DNA of 35,538 bases from Hominimerdicola sp. (GTDB lineage Bacteria > Bacillota > Clostridia > Oscillospirales > Ruminococcaceae): assembly GCA_051882035.1 (NCBI GenBank), contig JBJERA010000167.1:1-35538 (forward strand), read 5' to 3'. The translations under genes were made by a program, and so were the position numbers. The notes beneath the pieces were generated by a model that ran no database searches, had not been told where the DNA came from, and worked only from the letters and a program-made list of their open reading frames with translations. This document shows positions 6,501 through 15,559 of the stretch, piece after piece. Numbering within the stretch: position 1 is the first letter of the stretch; every line of letters starts with the position of its first letter.

Positions 6501-9146
6501 ATGGCAAAGAATGAAACAAATGCCACAGGTCTTGTTGACAGCATAGAGGCTTTTAACGCAAAGCTTGCGGAAGTAAGAGAGGCTCAGGAAATTTTTGCGA
6601 CATACACTCAGGAACAGGTTGACAAAATTTTTAAAGCTGCTGCAATGGCTGCTAACAAACAGCGAATCCCCCTTGCCAAAATGGCTGTTGAAGAAACAGG
6701 CATGGGTATTGTCGAAGATAAAGTTATCAAAAATCACTTTGCCTCAGAATATATTTACAATGCTTATAAGAACGCAAAAACCTGCGGAATAATCGAGAAA
6801 AACGACGCTTACGGCATGACAAAAGTTGCAGAACCTATCGGCGTAATCGGAGCAGTTATTCCTACAACAAACCCTACTTCTACTGCAATTTTCAAGACTT
6901 TGATTTGTCTGAAAACAAGAAACGGTATTATCATCAGTCCGCACCCTCGTGCAAAAAATTGTACTATTGAAGCGGCAAAAGTCGTTCTTGAAGCAGCTGT
7001 TAAGGCAGGTGCTCCAAAGGGAATTATCGGTTGGATCGATGTGCCTTCCCTTGAACTTACTCAGCTCCTTATGTCAGAGGTTGACTGTATTCTTGCAACA
7101 GGCGGTCCCGGAATGGTTAAGGCGGCTTATTCAAGCGGTAAGCCTGCTCTTGGAGTAGGTGCGGGAAATACGCCTGCGATTATTGATTCTTCGGCAGATA
7201 TTCGTCTTGCAGTAAACTCAATTATCCACTCAAAGACATTTGACAACGGTATGATTTGTGCGTCAGAACAGTCGGTTATCGTTGACAAGTCAATTTATGA
7301 GGACGTTAAGGAAGAATTTAAGGTAAGAGGCTGTTATTTCCTATCTGATGAAGAAACAGAAAAGGTAAGAAAGACCATTATCATTAACGGCGCTCTTAAT
7401 GCGAAAATCGTAGGTCAATCGGCATATAAAATCGCTTCTCTTGCAGGCGTTGAGGTACCGGTTGATACAAAAATTCTTATCGGAGAGGTTACTTCCGTTG
7501 AACTTTCCGAAGAATTTGCTCACGAAAAGCTTTCCCCTGTACTTGCAATGTATAAAGCAGAAAGCTTTGACGATGCTATTGAAAAGGCAGACAGACTTGT
7601 TAAGGACGGCGGATTTGGTCATACTTCTTCCCTCTATATCAACTCTGTAACCGAAAAGGAAAAGCTTGAAAAATTCCAGCTGAGAATGAAAACCTGCCGT
7701 ATTCTTATTAATACACCGTCCTCACACGGCGGTATCGGAGACCTTTATAACTTTAACCTTGAACCATCTCTTACACTGGGCTGTGGTTCATGGGGAGGCA
7801 ACTCAATATCTGAAAACGTTGGAATCAAGCACCTTATTAACATTAAAGCCGTAGCTGAAAGGAGAGAAAATATGCTTTGGTTCAGAGCGCCTGAAAAGGT
7901 TTATTTCAAAAAGGGCTGTCTGCCTATTGCTCTTGATGAGCTTAAATCTGTTATGCACAAGAAAAAGGCATTTATTGTAACGGATACATTCCTCTATCAG
8001 AACGGCTACACCAAGTGCATTACCGATAAGCTTGACGACATGGGTATCAGATATCAGGTTTTTGCAGACGTTCAGCCTGACCCAACTCTTGCTAATGCTG
8101 AGGCAGGAGCAAAGTCAATGACTTCTTTCGAGCCTGACGTAATTATCGCTTTGGGCGGCGGTTCTGCAATGGACGCAGCAAAGATTATGTGGGTAATGTA
8201 CGAACACCCGGACGTTGTATTTGAAGATATGGCTATGGACTTCATGGATATTCGCAAGAGAATTTATGAATTCCCGAAAATGGGCGAAAAGGCTTACTTT
8301 GTAGCCGTTCCTACTTCTGCGGGTACAGGTTCTGAGGTTACACCTTTTGCAATCATTACCGACCAGAACACAGGCACCAAATATCCTCTTGCAGATTATG
8401 AACTTCTGCCTAAAATGGCAATCATTGACGCAGACCTTATGATGAACGCTCCTAAGGGTCTTACCTCTGCATCAGGTATTGACGTTATGACTCACGCTTT
8501 GGAGGCCTACGCATCAATCATGGCAACGGATATTACAGATGGTCTTGCTCTTAAAGCTATTAAAATGGTATTTGAAAACCTCCCTGCCTGCTACAACGAG
8601 GGCGCAAATAATCCTAAGGCAAGGGAAAACATGGCTCACGCCGCTACAATGGCAGGTATGGCATTCGCTAACGCATTTCTCGGAATAAACCACTCAATGG
8701 CTCACAAGCTAGGAGCATATCACCACCTGCCACACGGAGTTGCAAACGCTCTTATTCTTACAAATGTATTAAGATATAATGCTGACCCAACTCCAAGAAA
8801 AATGGGTACTTTCGCTCAGTATGAGTATCCTCATACTCTTGAAAGATACGCTGAGGCAGCAAGATTCTGCGGTTTTGGCGGCAAGGACGATAACGAATCC
8901 TTTGAGAATCTTATTAAAGCGCTTGAAGAGCTGAAAACTACAATCGGCATCAAAGCTACTATTGCAGACTACGGCATTTCAGAGGAAGACTTCATGGCTA
9001 CTCTTGACGAAATGGTTGAAAGCGCATTCAACGACCAATGTACAGGAGCTAACCCAAGATACCCACTCCTTGCAGAAATCAAAGAAATATATCTCTGCTC
9101 ATATTATGGAAGAACTTATGACCCTAAAAAGGCTATTGAAAGTTAA
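6501..9146 (+). CDS. adhE: Bifunctional acetaldehyde-CoA/alcohol dehydrogenase
   Basis: 881 aa; PTTNPTST, ATGGPGMV, FDNGMICASEQ, GCGSWGGNS; ADH domain GGGSAMD, GTGSEVT, HSMAH..HG iron ligands. Confidence 0.98.
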   Translation: MAKNETNATGLVDSIEAFNAKLAEVREAQEIFATYTQEQVDKIFKAAAMAANKQRIPLAKMAVEETGMGIVEDKVIKNHFASEYIYNAYKNAKTCGIIEKNDAYGMTKVAEPIGVIGAVIPTTNPTSTAIFKTLICLKTRNGIIISPHPRAKNCTIEAAKVVLEAAVKAGAPKGIIGWIDVPSLELTQLLMSEVDCILATGGPGMVKAAYSSGKPALGVGAGNTPAIIDSSADIRLAVNSIIHSKTFDNGMICASEQSVIVDKSIYEDVKEEFKVRGCYFLSDEETEKVRKTIIINGALNAKIVGQSAYKIASLAGVEVPVDTKILIGEVTSVELSEEFAHEKLSPVLAMYKAESFDDAIEKADRLVKDGGFGHTSSLYINSVTEKEKLEKFQLRMKTCRILINTPSSHGGIGDLYNFNLEPSLTLGCGSWGGNSISENVGIKHLINIKAVAERRENMLWFRAPEKVYFKKGCLPIALDELKSVMHKKKAFIVTDTFLYQNGYTKCITDKLDDMGIRYQVFADVQPDPTLANAEAGAKSMTSFEPDVIIALGGGSAMDAAKIMWVMYEHPDVVFEDMAMDFMDIRKRIYEFPKMGEKAYFVAVPTSAGTGSEVTPFAIITDQNTGTKYPLADYELLPKMAIIDADLMMNAPKGLTSASGIDVMTHALEAYASIMATDITDGLALKAIKMVFENLPACYNEGANNPKARENMAHAATMAGMAFANAFLGINHSMAHKLGAYHHLPHGVANALILTNVLRYNADPTPRKMGTFAQYEYPHTLERYAEAARFCGFGGKDDNESFENLIKALEELKTTIGIKATIADYGISEEDFMATLDEMVESAFNDQCTGANPRYPLLAEIKEIYLCSYYGRTYDPKKAIES

Positions 9147-9168
9147 TCTGATAACAATTTCTCTATAC

Positions 9169-9201
9169 AAAAACCTGCCGGATTTTCCGACAGGTTTTTT
9201 T
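9169..9201 (+). terminator. adhE intrinsic terminator
   Basis: AAAAACCTGCCGGA-ttt-TCCGACAGGTTTTTTT hairpin plus T-run. Confidence 0.85.
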
Positions 9202-9329
9202 GCTATAATAGTAAAAATATGTTGTCGCTCCTTAATTTTATAGTTTCTCCAATTTCAATGCTTGCAATTTGACAAAACCCACTATGTATATTATAATTAT
9301 ATCATGTTTTATTAAGTGGGTGCTGAAAA

Positions 9330-10034
9330 ATGAGTGATTTTAAAAGGGGTATTCATGACGGAATACCTATTGCGTTGGGGTATATTTCCGTATCCTTTAC
9401 GTTCGGTTTGCAGGCTGTTTCATCGGGATTGAAATGGTGGGAGGCTTTGCTGATCTCTCTTACCAATCTGACTTCGGCAGGTCAGTTTGCAGGACTGGGA
9501 ATAATCTGTTCAGGAGCAGGATTTTGGTTTGAAATGGCTTGCACTCAGTTTATTATCAATCTGCGTTATTCGCTTATGTCAGTTTCACTTTCACAGAAAA
9601 CGGATAAATCTGTTTCGGGAATACACCGCTGGATTGCAGGTTTCGGAATTACAGACGAAATTTTCGCTGTTGCAATGGGACATTTCAAAAAAGTAAGCAG
9701 AATGTATCTCTACGGATTAATTCTGCTTCCTATGGCAGGATGGTCTTTTGGAACATTTCTCGGAGCATTCGCAGGAGAAATTCTGCCGGAAATTATCCGC
9801 AACGCTTTAAGCATAGCCATTTATGGAATGTTTATTGCAATAATAATTCCTCCTGCAAAGAAAAATTCAGCGATACTTAAAGTTATCGTAATCGCAGGAG
9901 CAGTAAGCTGTATTCTTAAATGGACACCTGTACTTAACAAAATTTCCAGCGGATTTGCAATAATTATTTCGACAATAATTGCCTCAGTAATCGGCGCTGT
10001 ACTTTTCCCCATAAAGGAGGAGACAGAGCAATGA
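9330..10034 (+). CDS. azlC: AzlC-family branched-chain amino acid exporter subunit
   Basis: GIPIALGY, SAGQF, INLRY, ITDEIFA motifs. Confidence 0.88.
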   Translation: MSDFKRGIHDGIPIALGYISVSFTFGLQAVSSGLKWWEALLISLTNLTSAGQFAGLGIICSGAGFWFEMACTQFIINLRYSLMSVSLSQKTDKSVSGIHRWIAGFGITDEIFAVAMGHFKKVSRMYLYGLILLPMAGWSFGTFLGAFAGEILPEIIRNALSIAIYGMFIAIIIPPAKKNSAILKVIVIAGAVSCILKWTPVLNKISSGFAIIISTIIASVIGAVLFPIKEETEQ

Positions 10035-10354
10035 TTTCAATACATGATTTTTTTATTTATCTGTTTATTATGGCGGGGGTTACATATCTCATCAGAGCCT
10101 TGCCCTTTGTAATTTTTAAAGGCGAGATTAAAAACAAATTTGCAAAAAGCTTTTTGTACTATGTGCCATATGCAGTTCTGAGTGCAATGACCTTTCCTGC
10201 TGTAATTTTTTCCACAGGCAGTATTATTTCGGCAGTTGCAGGTCTGATAGTTGCCTGCATTCTTGCATTCAAAGAAAAGAGCCTGCTGACTGTGGCAATT
10301 TTCGCTTGTCTGGCTGTGCTTGCGGTAGATTTAATCGGATTAGTTTTTACATAA
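10031..10354 (+). CDS. azlD: AzlD-family membrane protein
   Basis: VTYLIRALPF and FLYYVPYAVL; ATGA overlap with azlC. Confidence 0.85.
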   Translation: MISIHDFFIYLFIMAGVTYLIRALPFVIFKGEIKNKFAKSFLYYVPYAVLSAMTFPAVIFSTGSIISAVAGLIVACILAFKEKSLLTVAIFACLAVLAVDLIGLVFT

Positions 10355-10374
10355 ATTTATGGAAGTGATATAAT

Positions 10375-10788
10375 ATGTGGTTCGTCCTTGCTCTTTTGTC
10401 TGCAATATTTGCATCGCTTACTTCGATATTAGCAAAAATCGGTATTGACGGAGTTAATTCTAACTTAGCTACGGCAATAAGAACGATCGTGGTAGTAGCA
10501 ATGGCATGGGGAATGGTCTTTATTACTCATGCTCAAAACGGAATCACAGAAATAAGCAGAAAGAGCTGGATTTTTCTGATACTTTCAGGGCTTGCCACAG
10601 GAGCGTCATGGTTATGCTACTATAAAGCTTTACAGCTGGGAGAAGCGTCAAAGGTTGTTCCGATCGATAAACTGAGCGTTGTTATTACACTTATTCTTGC
10701 ATTTGTGTTTTTGCATGAACAAATTACCGTAAAATCAGCTATTGGAGCAATATTAATAACAGCAGGAACCTTAATAATGGTTTTGTGA
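10375..10788 (+). CDS. EamA/DMT-family single-domain transporter
   Basis: LAKIG..SNLATAIRT, SWLCYYKALQLG, VVPIDKLS, FLHE; about five TM helices. Confidence 0.85.
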   Translation: MWFVLALLSAIFASLTSILAKIGIDGVNSNLATAIRTIVVVAMAWGMVFITHAQNGITEISRKSWIFLILSGLATGASWLCYYKALQLGEASKVVPIDKLSVVITLILAFVFLHEQITVKSAIGAILITAGTLIMVL

Positions 10789-10801
10789 AGAAAATATTAT
10801 T

Positions 10802-10820
10802 TTAAGGCAACACCGCACAA
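10802..10820 (+). repeat. Solo terminal repeat of MITE family A
   Basis: TTAAGGCAACACCGCACAA, identical to 6292..6310; no second end nearby. Confidence 0.8.
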
Positions 10821-10839
10821 AATAGTCAAAACTAACCTA

Positions 10840-10868
10840 TTGACACAAGCATAAATATATGATATAAT
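10840..10868 (+). promoter_or_regulatory. mntP promoter
   Basis: TTGACA-17-TATAAT with TGn. Confidence 0.85.
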
Positions 10869-10877
10869 TTAAATTCC

Positions 10878-10960
10878 GTGAGGGAGTAGTTGGCATGAAA
10901 ATGCGGCAAGTCAACATACTGACCATTCAGGTCTGGCTTGTCTTAATTAATGAGACTCAC
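10878..10960 (+). ncRNA. yybP-ykoY (Mn2+) riboswitch aptamer
   Basis: GTGAG-GGAGTAG ... GTCAACATAC ... TGGC ... GAGA-CTCAC hallmark segments, P1 GTGAG/CTCAC; directly upstream of mntP. Confidence 0.88.
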
Positions 10961-11012
10961 ATACAGTCGGCAGACATCTGCCGTTTTTTGCTGTATGTGA
11001 ACGTCGTTTTTG

Positions 11013-11044
11013 AAGTCGGATACAGCAATGTATCCGACTTTTTT
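11013..11044 (+). terminator. Riboswitch-controlled terminator before mntP
   Basis: AAGTCGGATACA-GCAA-TGTATCCGACTT followed by TTTT. Confidence 0.85.
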
Positions 11045-11078
11045 GTCTGCAAATTTTATAGAAATGAGGAATTAAAAA

Positions 11079-11651
11079 ATGGGATTTGTTGAACTGTTTC
11101 TGATTGCGGTAGGTCTTTCAATGGACGCTTTTGCGGTGTCCGTCTGTAAGGGGCTTAATATGCGGAAAATCAATTACAAGCAAGCCTTTATCATTGGCGG
11201 ATTTTTTGGTGGTTTTCAGGCTTTGATGCCATTTCTTGGTTGGGCTTTGGGCAAACAATTCGAACAGATTATTCAAAAGTTTGACTACTGGATTGCATTT
11301 ATTCTTCTTGCAATAATCGGCGGAAAAATGGCTATTGAGGCACTAAAACCCGATGATGAAGACAACGAATGTCATCCCACAGACCAAAGGCTGAATTATA
11401 AGGAGCTTTTTCTTCTTGCAATAGCCACAAGCATTGACGCTCTTGCAGTGGGCGTAACCTTTGCATTCATGAAGGTTTCAATCTTGCCTTCGATTTTACT
11501 TATCGGCGTTACAACTCTTACATTATCCGTAATTGGCGTAGCCGTCGGCAACCGTTTCGGAGCAAAATACAAAAACAAAGCTGAATTTGTAGGCGGAATA
11601 GTACTTGTGCTTATTGGTGTAAAGATCTTGATTGAGGGATTGATGAAATAA
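11079..11651 (+). CDS. mntP: Manganese efflux pump MntP
   Basis: LSMDAFAVS, FQALMP, ATSIDALAVG, KAEFVGG. Confidence 0.93.
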   Translation: MGFVELFLIAVGLSMDAFAVSVCKGLNMRKINYKQAFIIGGFFGGFQALMPFLGWALGKQFEQIIQKFDYWIAFILLAIIGGKMAIEALKPDDEDNECHPTDQRLNYKELFLLAIATSIDALAVGVTFAFMKVSILPSILLIGVTTLTLSVIGVAVGNRFGAKYKNKAEFVGGIVLVLIGVKILIEGLMK

Positions 11652-11660
11652 TACCAAACA

Positions 11661-11689
11661 AAAACGGGTGGATATTATCCGCCCGTTTT
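11661..11689. terminator. Bidirectional terminator (REP-like hairpin) between mntP and thiE
   Basis: AAAACGGGTGGATATTATCCGCCCGTTTT. Confidence 0.75.
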
Positions 11690-11708
11690 ATTATAAAAAG
11701 TATACAAA

Positions 11709-12353
11709 TTATCCCAAAACCTTTTCAGCAGCCATACGCAGATTTTTTGCCGCCAATTCAATATCTTGGCTTGAAACAACAGCTGAAACTACTGCAAAGC
11801 CGTTTAAATTAACCCCCTGAAAATCGGGAATAGTTTTCAGATTTATCCCACCGATTGCAACTATCGGAATGTTTACAGAAGAAATTATCTCTTTCAGCTT
11901 TTCTATTGTCACAGGTCGTGTGTTGGTCTTAGTTGCAGTCTGATACATTGCACCTACTCCAAGATAATCCGCCCCGTCAGCATGAGCCTTGACTGCCTCG
12001 TCAACCGCAGCGGCAGAAACTCCGATTATAAAATCATCTCCTGCAAGCTTTCTCACTTCTTTACAAGGAAGGTCGCTTTGCCCCAAATGAACTCCGTCCG
12101 CTCCCGCAAGCAAAGCAATGTCCAGACGGTCATTTATTATCAGCGGAACATTATACTTTCGGGTAATTTCCTTTACTCTCAAAGCAAGCTCCAAAAACTC
12201 TCTGGACGAACAGTCCTTTTCCCTGAGCTGAACTACCGAACAGCCTCCCATTATACCACGCTCCACAGATTGTTCAATAGTGTCGCAGGACATCAGACCT
12301 CTGTCGGTGCAAAGATAGAGAGTGTAGTCAATTTTATTTTTATCAAAGCTCAT
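11709..12353 (-). CDS. thiE: Thiamine-phosphate synthase
   Basis: VQLREK, IINDR, GVHLGQSD, ADYLGVG, TATK, VAIGGI; start at ATG 12353 overlapping thiM end. Confidence 0.95.
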   Translation of the reverse strand: MSFDKNKIDYTLYLCTDRGLMSCDTIEQSVERGIMGGCSVVQLREKDCSSREFLELALRVKEITRKYNVPLIINDRLDIALLAGADGVHLGQSDLPCKEVRKLAGDDFIIGVSAAAVDEAVKAHADGADYLGVGAMYQTATKTNTRPVTIEKLKEIISSVNIPIVAIGGINLKTIPDFQGVNLNGFAVVSAVVSSQDIELAAKNLRMAAEKVLG

Positions 12354-13158
12354 AGATTTTCGCCCTTTCTTCAAAAATGTCAGCATTCATACGGCTTATT
12401 TCGTCTATCAAACCAATATGAAAACTCCCCGCTCCAACAGTTCCGTACTTTTCAAAGCTTAACTCTCCTGCAATTCCCATGGCCGAAATCGCAGTAACCA
12501 CAGCTGTAAAAGGCTTGCAAACAGCCGAAAATCCGCCCAATAGTCCGGTGGTCATGCACCCAGTTCCCGTCACATTGGAAAGCATTTTGCATCCATTTTT
12601 TATTTGTGCAATTCTTCCGCCAAAGTAAATAATGTCAGTTTCTCCCGTTATTGCACAAACACAGTTATATTTTTCTGAAACAGCCTTTGCTGCAAGAATT
12701 TTGTCGTTACCCAAATCTTCTGCCGAAACATCTACACCCTTGGTGCTTGAAGAAAGCCCTGCAATAAATGATATTTCTGAAATATTCCCCTTTATTACCG
12801 ACACTTTTATATCGGAAAATATTTTTTGTATTGTGTCATTTCTGAATGCAGACGCACCTGCTCCAACAGGGTCTAAAACCACAGGTTTTCCCATAGAATT
12901 TGCAGTTTTGCCTGAAATAATCATCGACTCAACCGTCCGTGAATTAAGCGTGCCGATATTAATGGTCAAAGCCTTTGCAATAGCCGTAATTTCGGCACAT
13001 TCAAGACAATCATCTGCCATAATCGGCGACGCTCCCATAGCAAGCTGAATATTTGCAACGTCATTTGCAGTTACATAATTTGTAATATTATGCACCAAAG
13101 GAGCTATTTCACGAACCTTTTGAAAAGCATTCTTACATTCATTTATAAGTCTATCCAT
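12343..13158 (-). CDS. thiM: Hydroxyethylthiazole kinase
   Basis: PLVHNITNYV, INIGTL, LDPVGAGAS, KGNISEI, VTGTGC. Confidence 0.95.
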   Translation of the reverse strand: MDRLINECKNAFQKVREIAPLVHNITNYVTANDVANIQLAMGASPIMADDCLECAEITAIAKALTINIGTLNSRTVESMIISGKTANSMGKPVVLDPVGAGASAFRNDTIQKIFSDIKVSVIKGNISEISFIAGLSSSTKGVDVSAEDLGNDKILAAKAVSEKYNCVCAITGETDIIYFGGRIAQIKNGCKMLSNVTGTGCMTTGLLGGFSAVCKPFTAVVTAISAMGIAGELSFEKYGTVGAGSFHIGLIDEISRMNADIFEERAKIYEL

Positions 13159-13690
13159 TTTTCATATCCTTTTTACGAGATTTTGTGCCGTACAGAAACA
13201 TATCTAAAACCTTAGCTTTTTTTAACGCAGTCACAAGAAATACTGCAATAACCGTTCCTCCCGCCGACGAGATAAAGAAGGGCAACACAAAACCAAACAA
13301 AGCCGACTCCTTGCCCATAGCAAAAACAGCAAGAGGATACGCAAGCAATCCGCCTATTACCGCCGTCCCGAAAAGCTCGCCCATATACGCTAATGAAAGC
13401 TTTTTTGAATATTTATACAAAATTCCGCCAATCAATGCTCCGCACATTGAACCGGGAAATGCCAGCAAAGTTCCCGTTCCCATAAGATTTCTCACAAAAC
13501 TCGTCACAAAAGCCATTCCCACAGAATATGACGGGCCGAGAAAAACTCCGCCTAAAATATTCACCAGATGCTGAACAGGAAAACACCTTGACGTTCCCAC
13601 AGGAATTGACAGCGGAGAACAAGCTACCGCTGCTGCACACAGCAAAGCGGCAAAGGTAAGTTTCCTTAAATGTATATTTTTGTTATCCAT
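13151..13690 (-). CDS. thiW: ECF S-component thiazole transporter ThiW
   Basis: PVQHLVN, RNLMGTGTLLAFPGSM, GELFGT; adjacent to thiM. Confidence 0.9.
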   Translation of the reverse strand: MDNKNIHLRKLTFAALLCAAAVACSPLSIPVGTSRCFPVQHLVNILGGVFLGPSYSVGMAFVTSFVRNLMGTGTLLAFPGSMCGALIGGILYKYSKKLSLAYMGELFGTAVIGGLLAYPLAVFAMGKESALFGFVLPFFISSAGGTVIAVFLVTALKKAKVLDMFLYGTKSRKKDMKNG

Positions 13691-13724
13691 ATAAACCTCA
13701 ATTTTATCTTAATTGCTGATAATA

Positions 13725-13753
13725 ATTATATCATCGGTTGAATTTATTGTCAA
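13725..13753 (-). promoter_or_regulatory. thiW-thiM-thiE promoter
   Basis: Minus strand TTGACA-17-TATAAT with TGn, about 35 bp from the thiW ATG. Confidence 0.8.
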
Positions 13754-13768
13754 TGTAAATATGTAAAG

Positions 13769-15040
13769 CTATTTTGCATTAACATTAATATATTCAGGTT
13801 TCAGCTTTGAATACATAATTTTCTGACTTGAATACAAACCGTAATATCCCGAAAGCATATAGCTTACTCCGCAGGATATTGCGAACAGAATTATTCCGCC
13901 TCCGCCGAAAAGCTCGTAGCTAAGGAAAATCGACGCAATCGGACAGTTTACAACTCCGCAGAAAGTTGCCACAAGTCCAACCGCAGCAGCAAAGGACGGA
14001 TTAATCCCCAACAGTGAACCAAATGCACAGCCGAAAGTCGCTCCGATAAAAAAAGTAGGAACGATTTCTCCGCCTTTGAACCCAGAACCGATTGTCACAG
14101 CGGTAAAAATTATTTTCAGCAGGAATGCAGAATAATCCGCCTGACCGTCCTCAATCGCCGCTTTGATAATATCTCCTCCTGCACCATTGTAAGTTCTTTC
14201 GCCTATAATAAGAGTAATCACCATTAAAATTGCACTTCCTGCTAGAATACGCAGATAAGTATTTTTTATATGAATTTTAAACAACTCATGGGAACGTTTC
14301 ATCACAATGCAGAATGCCATTGAAACTACTGCGCAAAGCATTGCAAGAACTCCCGTCTGAATAACAGATACAACAGTAACTTTTGGTATTTCCTCCGCAA
14401 TTTTATAAGCGGTTGGTTCCAGCTTGAATAAAAGAGAAATTTCAAATGCCGTAAGAGCTGAAACAATGCAGGGAATAAGCCCCACATAATAAATAACTCC
14501 CACGCTTATGACCTCCATAGCGAAAAATGCGGCTGTCAGAGGCGTGCCAAAAAGTGCTGCAAAAACCGAACTCATTCCGCACATTATTGCAAGGCTCATA
14601 TCCTTTTCGTCAAGATGAAATTTTTCGCCTATTGCCGAACCGATACTTCCTCCCAACTGCAATGCCGCACCCTCACGTCCTGCCGAACCGCCTACAAGGT
14701 GCGTTATTACCGTTGAAACAAAAATCAGCGGAGCCATGACCAACGGTACTTTTATATTTGTTCTGATTGAGGAAATTATAAGATTAGTTCCGGTATCCTC
14801 GTCAATCTTACAAATACGATACAAAAAAACAATCAGAAGTCCTCCAACCGGCATCAGAAACAAAGTCCAATCATTTTCTGTTCTGAAAGAGGTTGCAAAA
14901 TTTACCGCCATGTGAAATGCAGAACCTACTACTCCGCCGATTACTCCCATTATAAGAGCGATTGCAACCCATTTGGCAAAAACCACACAGGATTTAAAGC
15001 TCTCATATATTTTTCTTTTTATAAAACGCTTGTTTAACAC
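13769..15040 (-). CDS. CLC-family anion/H+ antiporter, CLC(F)/EriC-like
   Basis: GTNLI, GREGA, FGTP, GGEIVP motifs; GTG start at 15040 after AGGAGG SD; no CBS domains. Confidence 0.85.
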   Translation of the reverse strand: MLNKRFIKRKIYESFKSCVVFAKWVAIALIMGVIGGVVGSAFHMAVNFATSFRTENDWTLFLMPVGGLLIVFLYRICKIDEDTGTNLIISSIRTNIKVPLVMAPLIFVSTVITHLVGGSAGREGAALQLGGSIGSAIGEKFHLDEKDMSLAIMCGMSSVFAALFGTPLTAAFFAMEVISVGVIYYVGLIPCIVSALTAFEISLLFKLEPTAYKIAEEIPKVTVVSVIQTGVLAMLCAVVSMAFCIVMKRSHELFKIHIKNTYLRILAGSAILMVITLIIGERTYNGAGGDIIKAAIEDGQADYSAFLLKIIFTAVTIGSGFKGGEIVPTFFIGATFGCAFGSLLGINPSFAAAVGLVATFCGVVNCPIASIFLSYELFGGGGIILFAISCGVSYMLSGYYGLYSSQKIMYSKLKPEYINVNAK

Positions 15041-15059
15041 ATTTTTCCTCCTGATAGAA

Positions 15060-15155
15060 TATTGCAACAAAAACGGGCGAACAATGTTCGCCCCTACAAA
15101 AAATAACGTTTTTACGCAAATTGCAGAATCGTTATCAACCGCCCGTTTTGCAATA
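15060..15155. repeat. GTAG-type REP with degenerate inverted partner
   Basis: 15074..15097 on minus = GTAGGGGCGAACATTGTTCGCCCG; decayed partner GCAG..ACCGCCCG 15123..15145; outer TATTGCAA/TTGCAATA. Confidence 0.7.
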
Positions 15156-15166
15156 AAATCATAAAA

Positions 15167-15541
15167 TTAAAGCTCTGCAATAACCTCAACTTCAACAAGA
15201 ACGTCCTTTGGAAGCTCCTTAACAGCTACGCATGAACGTGCAGGCTTTGAAGTGAAATACTCGCCGTAAACTCCGTTAAATGCCGCAAAATCAGACATAT
15301 TCTTCAAGAAACATACTGTCTTTACAGCTTTGCCGATTGAGGAACCTGCCTCTTCAAGAACTGCTGTAAGATTCTTGCATACCTGATGAGTCTGCTCCTC
15401 AATAGTTGTAGCCTCAACATTTCCGGTTGCAGGATTAATTGCAATCTGTCCGGAAGTAAAAACAAGATTGCCTACTACCATAGCTTGTGAATATGGACCG
15501 ATAGCGTCAGGCGCATTTTTTGTGTAAACTACTTTTGACAT
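15167..15541 (-). CDS. ridA: RidA enamine/imine deaminase
   Basis: APDAIGPYSQA, SGQI, PARSCV, LP..VLVEVE; downstream of threonine dehydratase. Confidence 0.92.
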   Translation of the reverse strand: MSKVVYTKNAPDAIGPYSQAMVVGNLVFTSGQIAINPATGNVEATTIEEQTHQVCKNLTAVLEEAGSSIGKAVKTVCFLKNMSDFAAFNGVYGEYFTSKPARSCVAVKELPKDVLVEVEVIAEL

Positions 15542-15559
15542 AAAAATCTCTCCTTAACC

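Noticed and set aside
6361-6546. 61-aa ORF upstream of adhE
   Set aside because: Starts inside MITE A and overlaps adhE out of frame.
10895-11092. 65-aa possible leader peptide of mntP
   Set aside because: Coincides with the riboswitch; the apparent SD is the conserved GGGAGUAG aptamer segment.
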